A stretch of 50,670 nucleotides of DNA from Candidatus Methylomirabilota bacterium (GTDB lineage: Bacteria > Methylomirabilota > Methylomirabilia > Rokubacteriales > CSP1-6), in the NCBI GenBank assembly GCA_046734515.1, contig JBKPRI010000189.1:1-50670 (forward strand), given 5' to 3'. The notes under the pieces are model-generated. The model was not told the DNA's origin and ran no database searches. It saw only the letters and a list, made by a program, of their open reading frames with translations. Positions 19,045-26,698 of the stretch are shown here, piece by piece (positions within the stretch are counted from its first letter, which is position 1; every line of letters starts with the position of its first letter). A program made the position numbers and the translations under genes.

Positions 19045-19194
19045 CTAAGTGATGATGACCTCGTTGAGTTTCACGACCAGGTATTCCTGCTGACCGCCCC
19101 CGGACTTGCGTCCGCCGGCGACCTGCGCGGCCTTGGCGGCGTCCAGATCCTTGACGACCTTCTTGCTGCCCTTGCTCTTCTTCGGCTTCGCCAT
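19045..19194 (-). CDS. small ORF B: 49-aa Lys-rich peptide (MAKPKKSKGSKKVVKDLDAAKAAQVAGGRKSGGGQQEYLVVKLNEVIIT)
   Basis: Manual translation. The start is ATG 19194-19192, with AGGAG 6 nt upstream and a TAG stop at 19047-19045. 43 of 49 codons end in G/C. The N-terminus MAKPKK is identical to ORF C. Confidence 0.65.
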   Translation of the reverse strand: MAKPKKSKGSKKVVKDLDAAKAAQVAGGRKSGGGQQEYLVVKLNEVIIT

Positions 19195-19224
19195 GATCGG
19201 CTCCTTTCCCAGGAACGGGTTCGG

Positions 19225-19398
19225 TCAGAAACCCGGTGAGGCCGTGTCCGTGGTCTTCTTGATGGTGATTTCGGACAGCGACACCCTGCCGTCCGCGCCA
19301 CCGCTCACCCCTTGCGCCTCGCCGGTCGCGACGTCCTTCACCGCGAGATCCTCGACCGCCTTCTTACCCTTCGCCCGGTCCTTCTTCGGCTTGGCCAT
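19225..19398 (-). CDS. small ORF C: 57-aa Lys-rich peptide (MAKPKKDRAKGKKAVEDLAVKDVATGEAQGVSGGADGRVSLSEITIKKTTDTASPGF)
   Basis: Manual translation. The start is ATG 19398-19396, with AGGAG 7 nt upstream and a TGA stop at 19227-19225. 50 of 57 codons end in G/C. Confidence 0.65.
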   Translation of the reverse strand: MAKPKKDRAKGKKAVEDLAVKDVATGEAQGVSGGADGRVSLSEITIKKTTDTASPGF

Positions 19399-19458
19399 CG
19401 CCTGGCTCCTTCCTGTTCCCCGGCTGCTCGGGCCGGTCGCCTGACGCGGGGTCCCAGG

Positions 19459-19475
19459 TGCATCGAGCCTGCCAG
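19459..19475 (-). promoter_or_regulatory. candidate sigma54 (-24/-12) promoter upstream of the small-ORF trio
   Basis: The minus strand reads CTGGCAGGCTCGATGCA, against the consensus YTGGCACGrNNNTTGCW. GG and GC have the exact canonical spacing. It lies about 60 nt upstream of the ORF C ATG. Confidence 0.35.
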
Positions 19476-19550
19476 AGCGGGATCCCCGCTAATCACGCGA
19501 TTCTGCCGCGGGTCGCCCAGGCGCGGGGTCGTTTCGCCCGGGCAGGCCCC

Positions 19551-21077
19551 CTAGCGCTTGAGGCGGATCTCCTCGTAGGGGTAGGAGAAGGCGTGGCCGG
19601 GGATGAGGCTGAGGGTCGACGGATCGACGCGCGGCCCGACGCCGCTGAGGAAGGCGGGCTCCACGATCGGGGCGAACATGGCGCGCTCGTACATGAGCTG
19701 CTGGATCTTGTGGAGCATGGCCTCGCGCTTCCGGGGGTCGAGCTCGACGGCCTGCTCGCGGAAGAGGCCGTCGATATCCGGGTAGCCGCCGTAGGACCGG
19801 ATGCCGCCGGTGATGACGAAGGCCTCGATGCGCGTGGCCGCATTGCCGGCCGCCGCACTCCCGGGGCGCACGAGCTTCTTGAAGCTCTTCTCGGCATCGC
19901 CCTTGTAGAAGGCTGCGCGCTCCAGCGGGCGGAGCTTGGCCCGGATGCCGACGTTGAGCAGGTTGTTCACCACGGCCTCGCCGGTGCCGGCATAGACGGC
20001 ATCGCAGACCAGCTCGCCGGCGTCGAAGCCCTTCGCGTAGCCGGCCTCGGCCAGCAGCTTCCTGGCGCGCTCCGGCTCGTAGGGATACGGCGGCGCCGGC
20101 CAGTAGAACTCGAAGACGTGCGGGATGATGCTGGCCGTCGGGCGCGCGTGCCCGAGGTACTCGGCGTCGTTCAGCGCCTTGCGATCGATGGCGAGGTTCG
20201 CGGCCAGGCGCACCCGCTGGTCGTGCCACGGTGATTTCGGATCCCACTGCTCCGTGAAGACGACCCACTCCGTGAAGGTCGGCGTGGAGGCCTTGAGCGT
20301 GAGCCCAGTCGTGCGCTTGACCTCCTCGGCCAGCGCCCCGCGCAGCGAGTAGGCGATGTCGGCCTCTCCGCGCTTGAGCATGGCCAGGCGCGTGGTGTCG
20401 TCGGGCACCGAGCGGAACACCAGCCGCTTGACGCTCGGCACCTTGCGCCAGTACTGCTCGTTGGCCTCCAGCACCAGCTCGACGCCCGGGTTGAACGACA
20501 CGAACTTGTAGGGCCCGGCGCCGATCGGCGCCTTCTTGAAGCCGTCGTCGCCGACCTTCTCCACGTACTTCTTCGGCACGATCCACGCGGCGCCCGTGGC
20601 CGGCGTGCCGTAGAACGTCATGAAGTCCGGCCACGGCTGCTTGAGCCGCATCCGTACGCGCCCGGCGTCCACCACCTCGACGCCCGCAATCTTTTCCTTC
20701 AGCGTACCGGCCGCCGCGCCCTTGTAGCGCTCGAAGGAGAACTTCACGTCCTCCGCGGTGACCGGTTCGCCGTTGTGGAACTTGACGCCCTTGCGCAAGA
20801 CGAACTCGTAGACGCGCCCGTCCTTCGACACCGTCCACGACTCGGCCAGGCTCGGAGCCACGGTCTTGTCGGGCATCGGCTTCACGAGGGCGTCATGCAT
20901 GGCGTACAGCATCATGAACGGCGTGATCACGGCCGGCGTCTCGGCCGGATCGAACCACGTCGGGGCCAGCGAGACGTGGACCGCCCACGTCACCTGGCCC
21001 TCGGGCGCGGCAAGGGCCGGCGCGCCGCCCGCGAGGAGAAGGATCAGGACGACGGCGAGCGTGGCAACGCGCCTCAT
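19551..21077 (-). CDS. ABC transporter substrate-binding protein, family 5 (peptide/nickel type), orphan
   Basis: 508 aa with signal peptide MRRVATLAVVLILLLAGGAPALAAP. Family-5 SBP motifs are present (..HNGEPVTAEDVKFSFER.., ..GAGPYKFV..). GGAG lies upstream of the ATG. Confidence 0.88.
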   Translation of the reverse strand: MRRVATLAVVLILLLAGGAPALAAPEGQVTWAVHVSLAPTWFDPAETPAVITPFMMLYAMHDALVKPMPDKTVAPSLAESWTVSKDGRVYEFVLRKGVKFHNGEPVTAEDVKFSFERYKGAAAGTLKEKIAGVEVVDAGRVRMRLKQPWPDFMTFYGTPATGAAWIVPKKYVEKVGDDGFKKAPIGAGPYKFVSFNPGVELVLEANEQYWRKVPSVKRLVFRSVPDDTTRLAMLKRGEADIAYSLRGALAEEVKRTTGLTLKASTPTFTEWVVFTEQWDPKSPWHDQRVRLAANLAIDRKALNDAEYLGHARPTASIIPHVFEFYWPAPPYPYEPERARKLLAEAGYAKGFDAGELVCDAVYAGTGEAVVNNLLNVGIRAKLRPLERAAFYKGDAEKSFKKLVRPGSAAAGNAATRIEAFVITGGIRSYGGYPDIDGLFREQAVELDPRKREAMLHKIQQLMYERAMFAPIVEPAFLSGVGPRVDPSTLSLIPGHAFSYPYEEIRLKR

Positions 21078-21081
21078 GCGG

Positions 21082-22674
21082 TTACTCCGCCAGCCACACC
21101 GTGTCGAGCTGCTGGTTCAGGAAGTGGCTGGGCATGATCGTCCAGCCGCGCACCTTGGAGAGGTGCGGAACGATCCGGTGCCACTGGAAGCCCATGATGA
21201 AGTGCACTTCCTCGTCGTAGAGGCGCTTCTCGAACTGGCGCAGGAGCTTCCGCCTTTCCTCGGGATCGATCGTCCGCGACTGCCGGGAGTAGAGATCGTC
21301 CATCACGGTGTCCTTGTGCTTGCCGTAGTTCACCGGCGACGTCGAGGTGAACCAGTGGATGTCGAGGTCGGGTTCGACGATCGAGTTGCAGGGGGCGGTG
21401 ACGGCCACCTCGAAGTCGCCGTTACGGAGCGCGCCGAACCACGACGAGGTCTCGAGCGGGTTGTGCTTGACCGTGACGCCGATCTGTCGCCACTGGTCGA
21501 TCAGCCAGATGCCGAACGGCTCGTAGGGCTGGGGCACCGCGCGGTTCACCAGCGTGAACGAGAGATTCTCGGCCCCGGCTTCCTTCAACAGCCGCTTGGC
21601 CTCGGCGCGGGCGGCGGTGATGTTGCGGCCGTAGCCGGCCAGCTTCTCCAGCTCGGCGGGCGGCGTGGCCCACGGCGTGCCGGGCACCTGGATGCCGGCC
21701 ACTTCCTTGATGAGCGCGATCTTCGACAGGGCCTTGGAGCCTTCCCAGCGATCGAGCGCCAGGCTGAGCGCGCGGCGCACGCGCTTGTCGTCGTAGGGCT
21801 TCTTCTGCTCGTTGGGCGTGACGCCGATCGAGCAGTTCCACGCGCTCTCCTGCACCGTGATCTTGTTGCCGAGCGCGTTGACCAGGGCGTCGCGGTCGCC
21901 CGGCGTGAAGCTCCGGAACTGGATGTGGGCGCGCTCGCCGCGGACGGCCGCCACCTGCGCGGAGGCGCTGGGAATGAAGATCGCGCGGAAGCCGTCGAGG
22001 TAGGGCTTGCCCTTGTCCCAGTAGTCCGGGTTCTTCTTGCCGACCCAGTGCGAGCCGCGCACGTACTCGACGAACTTGAAGGGGCCGGTGCCCATGACGT
22101 TCGTCTTGTACCAGTTCGGATCCTTGGCGAGGAGATCGGCCTTGTAGATCCAGTTCCACGGCTGGGCGAGGTTCGCCATGAACGAGGCTTCCGGATACTT
22201 CAGCCGGAACACGATCGTATCGGGCGCGGGCGCCTCCACCGATTCCACCGAGCCGTAGGTGGCCTTGCGGCTCGACACCACGTTGCCGGGCGGGAAGATG
22301 ATGTGGTCGTACGAGGCCTTCACGTCCTTCGACGTCATCACGCTGCCGTCGTGAAACTTCACGCCCTGGCGGACCTTGAACGTGTAGGTGCGCCGGTCGG
22401 GCGAGATCGTCCACGACTCCGCCAGATCGCCGATGAACTTCGTCCCCGTCCGGTCGGTGGGGTCCACGCGCATCAGGGTGTTGTACTGCGGCGCGCCGGG
22501 GTGGAGCATCGCGAACGTCTCTTCCTGGTGGGCGTCGAAGCTCGGCGGCTCGGCGGCAACCACGAAGAGCAGCTCGCCGCCCGAGCGCGGCTTGTCCTGG
22601 GCGTCGGCCGGCGCGACGAGCGCCAGGACGCAGAAGAGGAACAGCGCGAACAAGCCCCGGACACGTTGACTCAT
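21082..22674 (-). CDS. ABC transporter substrate-binding protein, family 5 (peptide/nickel type), orphan
   Basis: Track ORF 21082..22722 trimmed to MSQRVRGLFALFLFCVLALVAPADAQ.. (signal peptide), with GGAGGA 7 nt upstream. Motifs ..FHDGSVMTSKDVKASYDH.. and ..GTGPFKFV.. are present. Confidence 0.88.
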   Translation of the reverse strand: MSQRVRGLFALFLFCVLALVAPADAQDKPRSGGELLFVVAAEPPSFDAHQEETFAMLHPGAPQYNTLMRVDPTDRTGTKFIGDLAESWTISPDRRTYTFKVRQGVKFHDGSVMTSKDVKASYDHIIFPPGNVVSSRKATYGSVESVEAPAPDTIVFRLKYPEASFMANLAQPWNWIYKADLLAKDPNWYKTNVMGTGPFKFVEYVRGSHWVGKKNPDYWDKGKPYLDGFRAIFIPSASAQVAAVRGERAHIQFRSFTPGDRDALVNALGNKITVQESAWNCSIGVTPNEQKKPYDDKRVRRALSLALDRWEGSKALSKIALIKEVAGIQVPGTPWATPPAELEKLAGYGRNITAARAEAKRLLKEAGAENLSFTLVNRAVPQPYEPFGIWLIDQWRQIGVTVKHNPLETSSWFGALRNGDFEVAVTAPCNSIVEPDLDIHWFTSTSPVNYGKHKDTVMDDLYSRQSRTIDPEERRKLLRQFEKRLYDEEVHFIMGFQWHRIVPHLSKVRGWTIMPSHFLNQQLDTVWLAE

Positions 22675-22785
22675 GTGGTCATCCTCCGAGGGAAACGAAG
22701 TGGCCGGTACGATACCACGCACTTGACTCCGCCGCGTGTGAGCGCGATCCTCCCGCCGGGTGAGCGGGCGACAATGGAAGGGAAG

Positions 22786-22810
22786 AGGGGAACCCTGCTA
22801 GGGTTCCCCT
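22786..22810. promoter_or_regulatory. perfect 11-bp inverted repeat (AGGGGAACCCT-gct-AGGGTTCCCCT) in a divergent promoter region, flanked by 9-bp direct repeats GACAATGGA (22770-22778, 22812-22820)
   Basis: Read directly from the sequence. It lies between the SBP start (22674, minus) and the ABM monooxygenase start (22816/22828, plus), so it is not a terminator. It is a candidate operator or 5'-UTR hairpin. Confidence 0.5.
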
Positions 22811-22827
22811 AGACAATGGAGATCCCA

Positions 22828-23136
22828 ATGGCAAACGTGCTGACGGTGGTGGCGAAGATCCGGGCGGCGAAGGGCAAGGGCGATGCGCTGGCGGCGATGC
22901 TGGCCGAGCAGGCCGGCGTGGTGCGCAAGGCGGAGCCGGGCTGTCTCGTCTATCGCCCGCACCGCTCGACGAAGGATCCCGATCTCTTCTACTTCTACGA
23001 GCAGTACAAGGACGACGCCGCGTTCGATGCGCACCGCAAGGCCCCGCACCTGGCCGCCTACCGCGAGCGCCGCGAGAAGGAAGGCCTCACCGAAGGCCCG
23101 CCCGAGGTCGAGATCTACCGCTCGCTCACCGACTGA
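22828..23136 (+). CDS. antibiotic-biosynthesis-monooxygenase (ABM) domain protein / putative quinol monooxygenase
   Basis: Track ORF 22816..23136. MANVLTVVAKIRAAKGKGDALAAML..., about 100 aa, is typical of the ferredoxin-like ABM fold. GGAG lies 6 nt upstream of ATG 22828. ATG 22816 is the alternative start. Confidence 0.75.
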   Translation: MANVLTVVAKIRAAKGKGDALAAMLAEQAGVVRKAEPGCLVYRPHRSTKDPDLFYFYEQYKDDAAFDAHRKAPHLAAYRERREKEGLTEGPPEVEIYRSLTD

Positions 23137-23140
23137 GCGC

Positions 23141-25060
23141 GTGGAGCCCAACGACGCGACGGCGATCACGCGGGCCCACAATCGCGCGGTCCTGGCCGCG
23201 CTGCCGTTCGGCGACACGCAGGACTTCGAGGACGCCCGGCGCGGGCTGCTCGGCTCGCTGCCGGACGTCGAGGTCACCAACGCGCAGGGCCGTGTCGTGT
23301 GGAGCCTGCGCGACTATGGCTTCCTCGACGAGGAGACCGCGCCGCCCACCGTCAATCCGAGCCTCTGGCGCCACGCCCGGCTCAACATGCACCACGGCCT
23401 GTTCGAGGTCACCGAGGGCCTCTACCAGGTGCGCGGCTACGACATCTCCAACATGACGCTGATCGAGGGCGAGAGCGGGGTCATCGTGATCGACCCGCTC
23501 ATCTCGACGGAGGTCGCGGCCGCCGGCCTCGCGCTCTACGCGCAGCACCGCGGCGAGCGGCCGGTGAGCGCGGTCATCTACACGCACAGCCACGTGGATC
23601 ACTACGGCGGTGTGCGCGGCGTGGTGGACGAGGCCGACGTGACGCACGGCCGCGTGCCGGTGTGGGCGCCCGACCGCTTCATGCAGGAAGTGGTGACGGA
23701 GAACGTGCTGGCCGGCACGGCCATGGTGCGCCGCGCGCAGTTCCAGTTCGGCGCCACCCTGCCCCGCGGCCCGCGTGGCCAGGTGGACGCCGGCATCGGC
23801 AAGGCCACCTCGCGCGGAACGGTCACGCTGATCCCACCCACCCATCTGGTGACCGCCGCGGTGGAGACGCACGTGATCGACGGCGTCGAGATCGTCTTCC
23901 AGATGGTGCCGGACACGGAAGCACCGGCCGAGATGAACATGTTCTTCCCCGCCTTCCGCGCGCTCGACGTGGCCGAGAACGCCACGCACAACCTGCACAA
24001 CCTCTACCCGCTGCGCGGCGCCCAGGTGCGTGACGGCAACGCGTGGGCGCGCTACCTCAACGAGGCCATCGAGCGCTTCGGGGCCGATACCGACGTGGTC
24101 TTCGCCCAGCATCACTGGCCGGTGTGGGGCCAGGCCCGCGCGCTGGAGTTCCTCGGCGTGCAGCGCGACCTCTACAAGTTCCTCCACGACCAGACCGTGC
24201 GGCTCATGAACCACGGCCTCAAGGCCGCCGAGATCGCCGAGCGCTTGCGGTTGCCGGCCAGCCTGAGCTCGACGTGGCACGTCCGCGGCTACTACGGCAC
24301 GCTGAGCCACAACGCCAAGGCCGTCTACCAGCGCTACCTCGGCTGGTACGACGCCAATCCCGCCACACTCAACCCGCTCGCGCCGGTCGAGCGCGGGCAG
24401 AAGTACGTCGAGTACATGGGCGGCGCCGAGGCGGCGATCCACCGCGCGCGCGAGGACTACGCGCGGGGCGAGTACCGGTTCGTGGCCGAGGTCATGAGCC
24501 ACGTGGTGTTCGCGGACCCGGCGAACACCGAGGCGCGCGGGCTCGGCGCCGACGCGCTCGAGCAGCTCGGCTACGCCGCCGAATCCGCCACGTGGCGCAA
24601 CGCCTACCTGCTCGGCGCGCGCGAGCTGCGCCAGGGCCCCGGCGCGGGCGTGGCCCGCGCCCCGGTCAGCCCCGACGTGATCCGCGCCATGAGCCCCGAG
24701 CTGTTCTTCGACTACCTCGGCGTGCGGCTCAACGGCGAGGCGGCCGAGGGCAAGCGCATCGTGGTCAACTGGGCCTTCGACGACCTCGCGCGCCGCTTCG
24801 TCTCCTCCGTGGAGCACTGCGCGCTCACCTGGCTGGCCGACCGCCACCACGACGACGCCGACGCCACGGTGACGCTGGACTGGACGGTACTCATCCGCCT
24901 GGTACTGCGCGAGCTGTCGTTCGCCGACGTGCTGGAGCAGGGCCTGGTGACGATCGATGGCGATCCCGCGCGCGTCGTCGAGCTCTTCAGCCTGCTCGAC
25001 GACTTCACGCTGATGTTCGAGGTGGTGGAGCCCCGGGCGGCGGCACGTCCACGCGTCTGA
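23141..25060 (+). CDS. alkyl/aryl-sulfatase, metallo-beta-lactamase fold (SdsA1/BDS1-like) with SCP2-like C-terminus, no signal peptide
   Basis: In frame with track ORF 22883..25060. The family begins at GTG 23141 (VEPNDATAITRAHNRAVLAALPF...). The MBL motif is YTHSHVDHYGG. The dimerisation region ..YYGTLSHNAKAVYQRYLGWYD.. and an SCP2-like tail are present. Confidence 0.85.
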   Translation: MEPNDATAITRAHNRAVLAALPFGDTQDFEDARRGLLGSLPDVEVTNAQGRVVWSLRDYGFLDEETAPPTVNPSLWRHARLNMHHGLFEVTEGLYQVRGYDISNMTLIEGESGVIVIDPLISTEVAAAGLALYAQHRGERPVSAVIYTHSHVDHYGGVRGVVDEADVTHGRVPVWAPDRFMQEVVTENVLAGTAMVRRAQFQFGATLPRGPRGQVDAGIGKATSRGTVTLIPPTHLVTAAVETHVIDGVEIVFQMVPDTEAPAEMNMFFPAFRALDVAENATHNLHNLYPLRGAQVRDGNAWARYLNEAIERFGADTDVVFAQHHWPVWGQARALEFLGVQRDLYKFLHDQTVRLMNHGLKAAEIAERLRLPASLSSTWHVRGYYGTLSHNAKAVYQRYLGWYDANPATLNPLAPVERGQKYVEYMGGAEAAIHRAREDYARGEYRFVAEVMSHVVFADPANTEARGLGADALEQLGYAAESATWRNAYLLGARELRQGPGAGVARAPVSPDVIRAMSPELFFDYLGVRLNGEAAEGKRIVVNWAFDDLARRFVSSVEHCALTWLADRHHDDADATVTLDWTVLIRLVLRELSFADVLEQGLVTIDGDPARVVELFSLLDDFTLMFEVVEPRAAARPRV

Positions 25061-25898
25061 CCGCGTGCGCCTCGCCCGTCGTCCCGCGATTGACGCCCGC
25101 CTTGCCGCGCCGTCCGGGATCGCCGCCGAGGCGATCATTGAGGCGCACGCCGGCCGCCAGCAAGCCGCCGTCGATCACCACGTTCTCGCCCGTCATGAAG
25201 CGCGCGCCGTCGCCCGCGAGGAACTCGACCACCCGCGCGATGTCGTCGGGCTGGCCCAGGTCGGCCCACGGCTGGATGCCCTCGATCGCGGCGCGCGGAT
25301 CGCGCTTGCCCGTGTCGACGAGCGGCGTGTGGATCACGCCGGGCGAGATGCTGTTCACGCGAATACGGTGCGGGGCCAGCTCGGCGGCGATCATCCGGGT
25401 GAAGTGAATCACCGCGGCCTTCGCGGCCGAGTAGGCCTGCGGGCCGCCGCCACCCGCCATCCCGGCGATGGAGCCCGTGTTGACGATGGCGCCGCCGGTC
25501 CCCTGCCGCTGCATCACACGCGCGGCGTGCTTGGTCCCGAGGAAGACACCGCGCACCAGCACGGCGAACGTGTAATCCCAGTCGTCCACCTCGAGGTCGG
25601 TCACCGGGCCGAAGGCGCCGCCCACGCCGGCGTTGTTGAAGACGAAGTCGAGGCGCCCGAAGCGCTCGCTCACGCGGCGCACGGCCGCTTCCACGTCCGC
25701 CTCGCGCGAGACGTCGGTGCGGACGAAGTCCACGCGATCGCGATGCTGGGCGGCCAGGGCCTCGAGCGCGGTCTTGCCCGTCGCCGCGTTGTAGTCCGCG
25801 ATGACCACGCGCCAGCCGGCCGTCAGCAGCCGCTCGGCCGTCGCGCGGCCGATGCCGCTGGCGCCGCCGGTGATCAGCGCGCCGCGCGCCTCGGCCAT
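25005..25898 (-). CDS. SDR family oxidoreductase (with about 45-aa C-terminal extension)
   Basis: Track ORF 25005..26003 trimmed to MAEARGALITGGASGIGRA.. (TGxxxGIG), with NNAG and YSAAK motifs. The ATG overlaps the upstream stop (ATGA). The tail overlaps the convergent sulfatase gene end by 56 bp. Confidence 0.85.
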   Translation of the reverse strand: MAEARGALITGGASGIGRATAERLLTAGWRVVIADYNAATGKTALEALAAQHRDRVDFVRTDVSREADVEAAVRRVSERFGRLDFVFNNAGVGGAFGPVTDLEVDDWDYTFAVLVRGVFLGTKHAARVMQRQGTGGAIVNTGSIAGMAGGGGPQAYSAAKAAVIHFTRMIAAELAPHRIRVNSISPGVIHTPLVDTGKRDPRAAIEGIQPWADLGQPDDIARVVEFLAGDGARFMTGENVVIDGGLLAAGVRLNDRLGGDPGRRGKAGVNRGTTGEAHAVRRVDVPPPGAPPPRTSA

Positions 25899-26698
25899 CA
25901 CACGACCTTGCACGAGAGCCCGCCGTCGACGACGAGCTGGGCGCCGGTGACGTACTTGGCCTCGTCGGAGGCGAGGTAGAGCGCGGCGTAGGCCACGTCC
26001 CACGCGTCACCCATCTTGCCCGTTGGGCACTGCGCCGAGCGCGCGGCCAGCATCGACTCGAAATTGCCGCCGTAGGCGCTCGAGAGCGGCTTGACGATCA
26101 TCGGCGTGTTCATGAGACCCGGCAGGATGGCGTTGGCGCGCACGCCCTTCTTGGCGTACTCGAGCGCGATGGACTGCGTGAGGCCGAGGATGCCGGCCTT
26201 GGTCGCCGCATAGGAGACGTACGGCACGCCGAGCCAGCGGATGCCGGAGACGGACGAGATGTTCACGATGGCGCCCTTCCCCTGGCGCTCCATGTGCGGC
26301 AGCACGGCCTTGCACGTGAGGAACATGCTGGTGAGGTTCACGTCCACCACGCGGCCCCACGATTCCTCGCTGGCGCCGGCGCCGCCGCCCAGCTCGACGA
26401 TGCCCACGTTGTTGTGGAGCACGTCGATGCGGCCGTGCGCCGCGATGCAGGCGCTCACCACGCGCTCGACCTCGCCCGCCTGCGTGACGTCGGCCACGTG
26501 CGCCTCGCCGCGCTTGCCCTCGCCGCGGATGATCCCGACGGTCTCCTCCACCGCCTCGCGCTTGAGATCGACCGCGACCACGTGGGCGCCCTCGCGCGCG
26601 AACAGCACGGCGGTGGCCTTGCCGTTGCCCCAGCCCGGCCCCGACGAGCCGGCGCCGGTGACGATGGCGATCTTGTCCTGCAGCCGTCCCGGCATCAT
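25898..26698 (-). CDS. SDR family oxidoreductase
   Basis: 266 aa: KIAIVTGAGSSGPGWGNGKA.., with HNNVG and YAATK motifs. The start overlaps the cupin stop. Confidence 0.88.
   Translation of the reverse strand: MMPGRLQDKIAIVTGAGSSGPGWGNGKATAVLFAREGAHVVAVDLKREAVEETVGIIRGEGKRGEAHVADVTQAGEVERVVSACIAAHGRIDVLHNNVGIVELGGGAGASEESWGRVVDVNLTSMFLTCKAVLPHMERQGKGAIVNISSVSGIRWLGVPYVSYAATKAGILGLTQSIALEYAKKGVRANAILPGLMNTPMIVKPLSSAYGGNFESMLAARSAQCPTGKMGDAWDVAYAALYLASDEAKYVTGAQLVVDGGLSCKVV

Noticed and set aside
18904-19398. The idea that the three small ORFs are just fragments of one decayed Hcp pseudogene. The span is 495 nt, close to the length of an Hcp gene.
   Set aside because: Each ORF has its own ATG and SD. 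B and C begin with the identical MAKPKK, and all three share the same KK-V-x-DL..GG N-terminal module, which Hcp lacks. The RK[SA]GG motif occurs twice (in B and A). The spacing of the Hcp-like motifs is not collinear with Hcp (about 60 codons apart versus about 38). GC3 remains high in each frame. Paralogous small genes fit better than a frameshifted relic, though this should be tested.
19071-19444. Track ORFs 19071..19301(-) 76 aa, 19106..19444(+) 112 aa and 19312..19554(+) 80 aa in the otherwise empty region.
   Set aside because: They have Arg/Ser/Pro-rich translations and no SD, and they lie in off-frames or antisense to the three SD-preceded small ORFs. Their third-position composition does not fit coding sequence.
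19399-19550. Possible intrinsic terminator after the SBP gene (stem CCCGGGCG/CGCCTGGG with an 11-nt loop), and a possible fourth small ORF in the spacer.
   Set aside because: The stem needs a G-U pair, has a long loop and has no U-tract. The only ATG-initiated frame in the spacer lacks an SD and runs out of frame into ORF C.
22774-22812. A 12-codon mini-ORF (MEGKRGTLLGFP) running through the palindrome, considered as a possible leader peptide or attenuator.
   Set aside because: It has no SD upstream and no run of regulatory codons. The hairpin is not followed by a U-tract, so there is too little evidence to call it a feature. It is kept only as a note within the palindrome finding.
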